Assembly: GCA_016839945.1 (NCBI GenBank)
Contig: JAEOTE010000090.1
Coordinates: forward strand, 44,399-108,398
Direction of reading: 5' to 3'
Length of the DNA: 64,000 nt
Source of the DNA: Candidatus Heimdallarchaeota archaeon
GTDB taxonomy: Archaea; Asgardarchaeota; Heimdallarchaeia; Heimdallarchaeales; Heimdallarchaeaceae
Within the stretch, counting starts at the first letter, position 1. Each line of letters begins with the position of its first letter. The translations under genes were made by a program, and so were the position numbers. Shown here in pieces: positions 50,170 to 58,451 of this stretch. Under the pieces are notes generated by a model that worked only from the letters and a program-made list of their open reading frames with translations, was not told the DNA's origin and did no database searches.

Positions 50170-50439
50170 ATGGAAAAAATGTTGAATGCAACAAGTTTAG
50201 GAGAGACGCAATTACTTAAAATCAATGTTAAAATTCCACATCAAAAAAGAGCTTTAGTAATGTTGGAAAGTTCTGATATTCAAGTAAGAATGATGGGATA
50301 TGCACTCTTAACTACTTGTTTTCATTTATGTTCATCAGAAACTAAAAAATATGTTTATAAAAAGTGGAAACAAGAAGAAGTTGGTAAAAAATTCAAAAAA
50401 ACTTTCATAATTTATTGTGAAAAAATCTTTGCACGATAA
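50170..50439 (+). CDS. Small hypothetical helical protein
   Basis: 89 aa ATG ORF, TTAAATA TATA-like element about 25 nt upstream. Confidence 0.55.
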   Translation: MEKMLNATSLGETQLLKINVKIPHQKRALVMLESSDIQVRMMGYALLTTCFHLCSSETKKYVYKKWKQEEVGKKFKKTFIIYCEKIFAR

Positions 50440-50440
50440 T

Positions 50441-51211
50441 TTACAAATTCATATTCTCAGCAATGGGGAAGTATTTTGGGAAAATCAATTTTGCGAAGTT
50501 TTGATACATTTCCACACTATAATCTTTTTGTTCAATTAAATCCTCTAGTTTAACTATTTCAGATTCATTGTATCCTTTCATATTGGGGAATTGGTTAAAA
50601 TCACCATAATCAAGAATCTTGCAGAAGATTTCACCTAATTGATCTAACTCAAGATAAGATTCTATAATTATGTGGATATGGTGAGTAAGTTTTTCTATTT
50701 GTTCTTCAGCTTTTACTGAATTAGAAATTCTAATCACTGACAAAATAGCTGCTCGCCTTGTTATGTAATCTTCTGCATAAACTACGTTTGTGAGAGGGTA
50801 CAATACATCAGCATCATCCAGATATCCTATAGCTCTTATTGCAGCATATTGTAGATCATAACCGCTTTCTTCTAGTACCTTAACAAGATAAGGCTTAGAC
50901 GAATAATCCTTCAATTTTCCTAGAACTTCTAAAGAGGATAATTTGATTGCTAAAGAACTCCTTTCAATTAAATCGTGCAGGTATTCTAACACTTTCTCCT
51001 TTGTTTCAGGAAAATGCTCTATAAGATAAATCAATGTCAAAGATGCTGCATTTCTAACATTCCAATCCGCATCTTCTATTAGAGGAAGAATTTTCTTAAC
51101 ATTCCTTGTTTTAGGTTTTTTCTGTAGAAAAAGCGCAAAGTGTGCTCTATCTAATGGTTCATCACTTTTCAGTTTTTTTCCAATAAGCATCCCTTTAAAG
51201 AAATCCATCAT
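50441..51211 (-). CDS. HEAT-repeat (PBS-lyase-like) protein
   Basis: DADWNVRNAA, IKLSSLEVLG, LQYAAIRAIG.L.D, TRRAAI repeats. Confidence 0.85.
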   Translation of the reverse strand: MMDFFKGMLIGKKLKSDEPLDRAHFALFLQKKPKTRNVKKILPLIEDADWNVRNAASLTLIYLIEHFPETKEKVLEYLHDLIERSSLAIKLSSLEVLGKLKDYSSKPYLVKVLEESGYDLQYAAIRAIGYLDDADVLYPLTNVVYAEDYITRRAAILSVIRISNSVKAEEQIEKLTHHIHIIIESYLELDQLGEIFCKILDYGDFNQFPNMKGYNESEIVKLEDLIEQKDYSVEMYQNFAKLIFPKYFPIAENMNL

Positions 51212-52782
51212 AGCTCATATACCCCCTCTTTAATTAGATATGCTAAAGCTCCCCTCTGGGGTTGTGTAACTTTACGTAAGTATGTGTAATCAATCTTACT
51301 TACATCGATTTTTTCATCCTTCTCATCGTCTAAATCAAATTTGTATGCGTCCTTCTTCTTTGTAACTTGTACAGCTCTTGTTGCGATTGGTAAATTATAA
51401 GGAGATAAAGGTTGATACTTTGTTTTATGAACTGCAAAGAGTGTTGCTACATGTATGCCACCAAGTTTCTTGAATATCACAACATCAGCAAAAGCAGGCA
51501 GAATTGTTCGAAAATCATCTCTATAAAGAGACATGTGATTGTGGAGGATAACTAGTTGATCAATCCCAATTCCATAATCATTAACTTCAAAGACATATAC
51601 TTTCTTTTCTCCCACCTTAACATAACCTTTTGAGTTTATCCTTGGTTTATCATCAAGGAGTTGTCCGAAAGTTGAGTATTTTTTCCTATATACTTTTCGT
51701 GTATATTCTTCTATTTGTCTCCAGCCATAGGCATAAACAGACCAAATATCTGTCCATCTACTTTTTGAAGAATGCCAGGTTTCAACAACACTTTCAGAAT
51801 GTACATTCTTATTCACTGCTAGTAAATCTTTAACTTCATCCCATGAGAATTCTTCTAACAGTTCATAATCCGACTTGTAGCTAAAAAGTTTATTAAACAA
51901 TTCCTCCTCATTTTCTAGTTTGCTTAGGAGTCGTTCTATTATAGCAATAGTAAATTCACCAATTGGTGGTGCTAAAAAGGCTTTCAAATCGTTTGGATAT
52001 TGTATTCTTTTATCTTCATCTCTCTTAGGTAGTTTATATTCATCTTTCTCAAGTAAATAATCTAAGGCTTTCATTTGTATATAGTGTGCAAAACCTTCAT
52101 CGATTATTTCATGAAGGTGCTTTTTTCTTGCAAGTTTAGCCCTTTCCCCTATCAGATTTATGGCCTCTATTGAGAAATTATTGAACAAAGTATATTTTCT
52201 TGCATCTTCAGGAGGAGTGTAAAAATCTTCTACGTTTGCTTCAGTAAATAAACGTATCACACCGATTAGATCTTGGAAGTATTGCCAAGCCCAGGCATGT
52301 TTGTTGTCAGATGTTTGATTTAATTTGAAGACATTATTTACCATCAACTCCTTTAAAATCACATCAATTTGATATAGTTTTGAAAGAGTTCTTGCAGAGT
52401 TTGATTCAGTCTTTTCATTCATGTAAGCATGAGCAAAAGCATGAATTAGCATAATTCTTAGTGTAAGTTCTTGTTCTTTTGTCAATTCATAAGATGGTAC
52501 TGAGAGATAAATCAATGTAGGTAATGAATTATATACGGTTTCTTTTCCTGTTGGAAGAAAATCATTTATTCTAGCTGATCTTAGGTTTGTAATTTGTTCA
52601 GCTGTCAGTATTGCCTGAGGGGTTCCAGTTATTTCAACTACACGGTTAACTGAAACATGGAGTTCAGGATTTATAAAGATTAGAACACGATAATTTTCTG
52701 GATTAGAACCCACTAAAACTCTAAAATCTGCCTTAGCTTTTTGGTAGACTTCAACAATTTCTTCTAGTTCAGCTTTAAGCAT
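51208..52782 (-). CDS. Zincin-fold/SpoVR-like protein with degenerate HExxH
   Basis: IHAFAHAY plus downstream IIDEGFAHY; overlaps both neighbours. Confidence 0.6.
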   Translation of the reverse strand: MLKAELEEIVEVYQKAKADFRVLVGSNPENYRVLIFINPELHVSVNRVVEITGTPQAILTAEQITNLRSARINDFLPTGKETVYNSLPTLIYLSVPSYELTKEQELTLRIMLIHAFAHAYMNEKTESNSARTLSKLYQIDVILKELMVNNVFKLNQTSDNKHAWAWQYFQDLIGVIRLFTEANVEDFYTPPEDARKYTLFNNFSIEAINLIGERAKLARKKHLHEIIDEGFAHYIQMKALDYLLEKDEYKLPKRDEDKRIQYPNDLKAFLAPPIGEFTIAIIERLLSKLENEEELFNKLFSYKSDYELLEEFSWDEVKDLLAVNKNVHSESVVETWHSSKSRWTDIWSVYAYGWRQIEEYTRKVYRKKYSTFGQLLDDKPRINSKGYVKVGEKKVYVFEVNDYGIGIDQLVILHNHMSLYRDDFRTILPAFADVVIFKKLGGIHVATLFAVHKTKYQPLSPYNLPIATRAVQVTKKKDAYKFDLDDEKDEKIDVSKIDYTYLRKVTQPQRGALAYLIKEGVYEL

Positions 52783-54160
52783 AAAGTATACTCTCCTTTA
52801 GAATTTGTTCACCTAATTTCTTGATTTGAGCTGGATCAATTAAAATTGGTCTAGTAATACCTTTCAGCATTTGTTTTGTATGAATGTATAACTCTTTGTT
52901 GCGGAGTGACTCAGTTCCCATCAAGAAGTAAGATACGTTCCATTTCCTTGAGCGATCTTTTTTCAAGCTTGTAAAAATAGCGTTGAGTTGAACTAAACAC
53001 TCTATTGTTTCTGGTTTTGTTTTGGTTTGTATTTCAGAGAAATATCTTGTTAATGCATCACTTTTTCGATAATTAAATGGAAGAGTTGGAACATTAGGCA
53101 TACCATCTGTTACTATGGTGAATTGAACATCTATGTCTTTGTCTGTATGTTGTTTTTTTGCATGTTCAATTGCAGCTTGAACGGCTTGAACCATGTATGT
53201 CTTTCCTTTAGCTTCTGCAGATAACAGGAGATGTTCCATTTTTTTATCATCATCTACAACTGTTGTATTTTTTCTGATAGGTACAACTGCAAGTTTGAAC
53301 ATATCATGACGCTTTCTTTTTCTTCTGTTTATCAGTTTAAAATAGTAATAAAGACTTAAACTTGTTAATAGAGCTCCATCTAATCTAGACATTTTGCCCT
53401 CAAAAACAGTTTTTCTCATTGATTGACTCATATCGACAATGAGATAGACTAAAGATCGTCTGTCTTTCTTTACTCTTACTATATCTTCTTGCTTAACTGA
53501 GGATGGAGGTATGGTTTGAGAGCCAAGAATTGCGCTTTTGTAGGTTTCTTTTAAACGGATAGTTCCACTTGGACGTTTTTGGACTTCATCAATGGGTGCA
53601 ACAGAAATTTGTTTCAATAGATATCGACCTAATATTTTCCCAAGTAAATCCATGACACTTTCTCGTGAAATCCTCTTTTTTCTTCCAAATGCATCAGTAA
53701 TTTCTATATCTACTATGTCTTTTAGTTGATTTAATTTATCTGCTAGTTGCTGCAAATCGACAGTGCCTTCGTGTTTTAATTCACGTAATAAATCTTGTAT
53801 ATACTTTAGAATGTCCTCGAGTGTTTGTAGCTCATTACGATTAACTCGTTCTAAAACATCAGGAAGAACATGATCTCCCATAAATCTTAGAAGTTTCAGT
53901 TCATTTACTAAACGTTCTTCTTCTTCAGGAGTAAGATATGTATTCATGATTTTCTGAAGTATATTTTCGATAGCAACAGAGTGTTTTGCTGCAATTGATA
54001 GAACTGCCCCTTCTCGAGAACTTCTACCTAAATGCGGATTTCTCCATAACCGTAAGACTTGAGCAGCATCCTCAAAATCCAATACAAACTCTACATCACC
54101 ATAGTGTTGTAATGGATCAGTGAATTCAGTTTCTGTAATGAAATATATTCTATGAGGCAA
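52775..54160 (-). CDS. vWA-domain protein (Rv0959-like)
   Basis: VYLIVDMSQSM MIDAS, G.T...A, IVTDGMPN; TTG start with GGAGATG RBS. Confidence 0.85.
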   Translation of the reverse strand: MPHRIYFITETEFTDPLQHYGDVEFVLDFEDAAQVLRLWRNPHLGRSSREGAVLSIAAKHSVAIENILQKIMNTYLTPEEEERLVNELKLLRFMGDHVLPDVLERVNRNELQTLEDILKYIQDLLRELKHEGTVDLQQLADKLNQLKDIVDIEITDAFGRKKRISRESVMDLLGKILGRYLLKQISVAPIDEVQKRPSGTIRLKETYKSAILGSQTIPPSSVKQEDIVRVKKDRRSLVYLIVDMSQSMRKTVFEGKMSRLDGALLTSLSLYYYFKLINRRKRKRHDMFKLAVVPIRKNTTVVDDDKKMEHLLLSAEAKGKTYMVQAVQAAIEHAKKQHTDKDIDVQFTIVTDGMPNVPTLPFNYRKSDALTRYFSEIQTKTKPETIECLVQLNAIFTSLKKDRSRKWNVSYFLMGTESLRNKELYIHTKQMLKGITRPILIDPAQIKKLGEQILKESILYA

Positions 54161-54195
54161 TTTATCATCTCCAAACGGTTATTATCAGATTGTTA

Positions 54196-55743
54196 TTAGA
54201 TATAGTCAACTTTCAGTAGCTGTTCATAAGATGGTTTAAGTTTTTCAGTTATTAATTCTCTAATATTTTCTTTGAATTTGTCTAATCCTTCAAACTTAAC
54301 AATCAATTGAGCTAATTCTTCATCACTTAGAGCTTTCATTTTTGAGATATCTTCGGAGATATCTTGAACGCTTATTGAAACCTCAGATTCTTTTATTGCG
54401 GTTCTTAGAACAATTTTCATTTGTTGTAAAGCATCGTTTATCATTGAAACGGGTATATCATATGCACCCATTATGTTCCTAATTCTTTCTAGTGTAATAA
54501 CGTTAACATCTTCTTCTATTTCTCTTGCTTGTAAGAGAACTGTCTCACCAATAATATTGTTCATGGTTCGAAGATCGATATGAGGATTTCTTTGAGGATC
54601 ATGAATTTCATCTAAACCCGAATAAAAATCGTTTCTAGCAACACGGCTTTCTGAGCGTAATCCTTTTGTTTTTAATGTTCCAGGTAAGGAATTGTTTCCA
54701 AGAAATGCTAGAAAAGCAACTGCTAAACGACTAACGAAATCTGTTGTTTCTTTTTCTAGTTCATGAAGCTGTATAAGTGAGGGATTAGCTGTAATCTTCT
54801 TCCTTGAAAGGATGATTTGTTCTTCAAACATATCCTTAATAATTTGTTCTCTACTCTCAACTGAACGAGCTGGCCAGAGTACTTCTGGAATACGATTAAT
54901 AATAGGTTGGCTTTCTTCTCCAAAAACAGTGAGTGGTGCATTAGATGTGAAAAGAACTGCTCCATCAATATAAACGGGTTCTCCTTGTATATTATACTTG
55001 ATACCCATTGGTTCTTCTAGAAAGCCCATAAGTGATTCTAGCAAGGTTAATGGAAGTCTTTGAATTTCATTAACAACCAAAAAACCATGTGATAGAACTC
55101 CAACTTTATGTGATGTTGCAGCATAAGTTGTTGAAGTATCTTTACCAAATAGTTCTTCAAGATTTTCAACGCCTGCTAGGAGCATGTATAAGCTTTCTGG
55201 ATCAGTTCTTGGATCAAGTTGAGATCTTCTAACTAGTGTTTTTTGAGCTTTAAGCTTTCCTAGTTTACTAACTACATCTTTTGGTGTTATTTGTAAAACA
55301 CTATTTGTATTATCTAGTTCCACAGGATTATTTTCGCCTGAGAGAGTTTTTTCGATACTTTGTCTACAATATGGACATAAAGATTGTAGAACGCGAATAC
55401 CAGCAAAAGGATTGGATTGAAAGTTGTTTATAATGTCTACAATATATCCCGCATCTTCTAAGAAAGGACATCCTTCTATGTGATATTTATAATTGTTAAT
55501 TTCTCTAACAACATGATCGAGTAATACTCTAGCGAAAAGTGTTTTTGCTTCCCCTGTAGGTCCTGTAAGTAGTACTTTACCACCAACTGCTAATTTATCC
55601 ATTACTAGATTCTTACCTACTTCATTACCTCGTACACTAACGTCTTTTAACACTCTATCTCTAAATTCTGGATTCATTAAGATTGATCTAATTGAGTATC
55701 CAGAATATCCATCTTTCATTAATTTCTCTATAGTTTGAGTCAT
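54196..55743 (-). CDS. AAA+ ATPase, chelatase/PrkA-related (Rv0958-like)
   Basis: TIEKL...GY...SIR N-terminus, LLTGPTGEAKT Walker A, GCPFLED..CPYC, FLVVNE Walker B, FTSN, IINRI. ATG 55743 has a GAGGT RBS (alternative start 55770). Confidence 0.85.
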   Translation of the reverse strand: MTQTIEKLMKDGYSGYSIRSILMNPEFRDRVLKDVSVRGNEVGKNLVMDKLAVGGKVLLTGPTGEAKTLFARVLLDHVVREINNYKYHIEGCPFLEDAGYIVDIINNFQSNPFAGIRVLQSLCPYCRQSIEKTLSGENNPVELDNTNSVLQITPKDVVSKLGKLKAQKTLVRRSQLDPRTDPESLYMLLAGVENLEELFGKDTSTTYAATSHKVGVLSHGFLVVNEIQRLPLTLLESLMGFLEEPMGIKYNIQGEPVYIDGAVLFTSNAPLTVFGEESQPIINRIPEVLWPARSVESREQIIKDMFEEQIILSRKKITANPSLIQLHELEKETTDFVSRLAVAFLAFLGNNSLPGTLKTKGLRSESRVARNDFYSGLDEIHDPQRNPHIDLRTMNNIIGETVLLQAREIEEDVNVITLERIRNIMGAYDIPVSMINDALQQMKIVLRTAIKESEVSISVQDISEDISKMKALSDEELAQLIVKFEGLDKFKENIRELITEKLKPSYEQLLKVDYI

Positions 55744-55759
55744 GGGAGGTACCTCTTTT

Positions 55760-56356
55760 TTATTTATCATTCTCTTCTTCTGAAGGAATTTGAATCTTAA
55801 TTGGTTTTATTTTTTCTAATAATTTTTCTTTTTCCGACCAAGGTTTAACATAACCCATATGAATTATCTGTTTCAACCACTTTAATACATCATGCATTGA
55901 TTCTTCGTTGGATATTTCAAAAAGATTCCAAAGACGATCTGTGAGTCTTATCAGAGATAAGTTCTCGATTAGTTCTCCTCTAGATAATGCTCCTTGAAGC
56001 TCGGAGTTATAAGCACATACAGCTATTGGTAAGTTCTTGGTCTCTTCTGCCCAGACAACCTTTTCCCAAAAATAATTTCTTTCATGTTTAATCATTTCTT
56101 CTTTTGTAGCATCTATCAGATAAAGAAGTGCTTCAAAAGGTAGGAATTGTTTAGGTTTAAATTTAAATTTCTCTGTGTATGGTAATTCTGTTAAGCAACT
56201 ATCTATTATGTATTCTCTTAGAGAAGTATAGGATCGTAACAATAAAACTCGGTTTCTGGTTGTGGGTATATCATTTCCCATAACCAGTATTGTTACTTCC
56301 GGGTAACCTAGCTTTCTTCGAATAGATTGTGAAATATTTTGGATGAAGTTAGTCAT
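55760..56356 (-). CDS. Arf/Arl-like pseudo-GTPase (G motifs degenerate)
   Basis: Amphipathic N-helix plus [43 protein letters not shown]. Confidence 0.7.
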   Translation of the reverse strand: [198 protein letters not shown]

Positions 56357-56448
56357 TAGGCTTCGTCAAATTGTTTCAATAATAAATGTTTAAATGTTTT
56401 ATGAATCTGAAGGAAAATTTTTTGAGGTGGTAGAAAATTCAAAAATAT

Positions 56449-56943
56449 ATGACTAACAGCATTCTTAACATTGTGGTAGCAGGAATAAATTATGAATCAA
56501 AATGGCTTTTGATAAAGCGAAAAAGAGGGGACTATATAACCAAATGGGCTTTAGTTGGAGGAAAAATAGAGCATAATGAGGAAATTAAGGAATCTATACT
56601 TAGAGAGATAAAGGAAGAAACCAGTCTAAATGTAAGATGGGAAGGAGTAAAAGGTGTCATTAATGAGAGATTAGTTGAAAAAGAAAAGAAAAGTAAAATT
56701 AGACACTTCATAATCGTCTTGTGCCAAGTTAGTGTAGAAAATGATAAAGTTTTATCAACAGAGGAAGGAGAACTACAATGGTTTTCAGAACAAGAAATTA
56801 TCAATAAGAAAGACGAAATCATTCCTTCAGATTATTATATGTTAACGGAAATTCTTCAAAAACAAGAAACAAAGCAACTAGTTGAAGTTGAAATGATTCA
56901 AGAAAAAGAAAAGCTAATGTTATCAAAACTCCTAGAATATTGA
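56449..56943 (+). CDS. NUDIX hydrolase
   Basis: GGKIEHNE......LREIKEETSL Nudix box; EEG.L.W. Confidence 0.9.
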   Translation: MTNSILNIVVAGINYESKWLLIKRKRGDYITKWALVGGKIEHNEEIKESILREIKEETSLNVRWEGVKGVINERLVEKEKKSKIRHFIIVLCQVSVENDKVLSTEEGELQWFSEQEIINKKDEIIPSDYYMLTEILQKQETKQLVEVEMIQEKEKLMLSKLLEY

Positions 56944-56961
56944 TACAATTATAGCACAATT

Positions 56962-57915
56962 TCAACTTATGATGTTCTTAAATTTTTCAATATCAATCTT
57001 AGAACCACTCAGAATTAGAACTATATTTTTACCTTCAAATTTTTCACAATTCTTGATAAAGGATGCTACTGATAAAGCAGCAGCGCCTTCAATTTGCATG
57101 TAGTGTTTCTCTGAAACTAACTTGATTGCTTCTTTTATTTCATCTTCTGTTAAAAGAACATAATCATCTACGTATTGCTTACATAAATCAAAAGTTATAG
57201 AATTCTCTTCAATTCCACCAGCTGTTCCATCAGATAGTGTTGGTTTAGAAGGTAAATCTAAAATTTTCCCTGCTTTTACTGATTCATACATAACAGCTGA
57301 ATTGAAAGGTTGGCAACCAATAATTGTTACTGGTGTTACTTTTTCTTTTAGATATCCAGCAATGCCTGATATCAGTCCTCCCCCACCAACAGGTACAAAT
57401 ATGTAATCTATCGATTTCAATTGCTTTTCAAGTTCAATAGCTATTGTCGATTGTCCTGCAATAATTTTAGGATCATTATAAGGCGAAACAAAAACCAAAC
57501 TATTTCTTTTAGCAATTTCTCTTGCGTATATTTCTGTTTTCACACAGTCATCCCCGTAGAAGCTTACTTTAACATCATATTGCTTTATGGGTTTTCTTTT
57601 TGAGTTAGGAGTGGTTGTAGGCAAGAATATTGTTCCTTTTATCCCAAACTTATTAGTAATATATGCGAATGCCAAACCATGATTGCCAGAAGAAGCAGTA
57701 ACGAACTCAGCATCTCTTTTATTTTCTAAGGTTGATAGGATTTTATTGGCTGATCCCCTCAATTTGAAGGAGCCAGTAATCTGCATGTTTTCCAATTTTA
57801 GGTAAACATTGCAATTACCTAGTTCACTAAGGAATTTAGAATGTTCGAGTTGAGTTTCAATAACATGATCCTTTATTCTTTTTTCTGCATCTAAAGCTTC
57901 TTGAAGAATGTCCAT
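56962..57915 (-). CDS. PLP-dependent threonine/serine dehydratase family
   Basis: KLEN.Q.TGSFKLRG, ASSGNHG, PVGGGGLISG, DGTAGG, EGAAA. Confidence 0.9.
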   Translation of the reverse strand: MDILQEALDAEKRIKDHVIETQLEHSKFLSELGNCNVYLKLENMQITGSFKLRGSANKILSTLENKRDAEFVTASSGNHGLAFAYITNKFGIKGTIFLPTTTPNSKRKPIKQYDVKVSFYGDDCVKTEIYAREIAKRNSLVFVSPYNDPKIIAGQSTIAIELEKQLKSIDYIFVPVGGGGLISGIAGYLKEKVTPVTIIGCQPFNSAVMYESVKAGKILDLPSKPTLSDGTAGGIEENSITFDLCKQYVDDYVLLTEDEIKEAIKLVSEKHYMQIEGAAALSVASFIKNCEKFEGKNIVLILSGSKIDIEKFKNIIS

Positions 57916-58014
57916 GAGTTATCAACTGAAAGAGGACTTTCTAAATATATAAACTTTAGATAGAGATTCTAGTCTTTTATAAATTGAAAATACTTGAGTA
58001 AATTTGAAAATTAG

Positions 58015-58093
58015 TGGTGGGGCAGGGCGGATTTGAACCACCGACCTCCCGCACGTCAAGCGGGTATCATAAACCGAGCTAGATCACTGCCCC
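58015..58093 (-). tRNA. tRNA-Val(GAC), CCA encoded
   Basis: GGGGCAG/CTGCCCC acceptor stem, CCCGC-TTGACGT-GCGGG anticodon arm, GGTTCAAATCC. Confidence 0.95.
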
Positions 58094-58120
58094 ATTTATC
58101 TTGTCGTCTCTTTCTTCCTT

Positions 58121-58140
58121 ATTTTCTTTAAATATTTTTT
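58121..58140 (-). promoter_or_regulatory. Putative BRE-TATA promoter of tRNA-Val
   Basis: Minus strand AAAAAATATTTAAAG, about 35-45 nt upstream of the tRNA 5' end. Confidence 0.45.
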
Positions 58141-58451
58141 GTTATCGTTGGTTTATCCAAAATTAATGCAAAGTTTTCTTAGAGTCCCTAACACCCATTT
58201 TTTTGTCAGAAGATTTTTTTCGAATGAGCTTTCATTCCAATTATTGAATTGAAATAATGAATTATTCTTTCTATTTGAAGGAGTTTTTGTTTCACAAGGT
58301 TTCATTATAGATAGTGCAATAAATTAGAATTGAATATGATTCCAATCCTTGTTTCTCTTTTCTATAAATCGAGACAACATTTATAAAAACTTTAATCGTT
58401 TGTTAAAATACGAATAGAAAAATCTATTCATATTCACTCGAGTGGTTTAAT

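Noticed and set aside
52775-55770. Magnesium/cobalt chelatase (BchI/BchD) call
   Set aside because: No large chelatase subunit or tetrapyrrole genes nearby; motifs fit the Rv0958/Rv0959-like group better.
49820-58015. Genomic island integrated at the tRNA-Val 3' end carrying the five-gene operon
   Set aside because: No integrase, no duplicated tRNA 3' end spotted, and no obvious compositional shift by eye.
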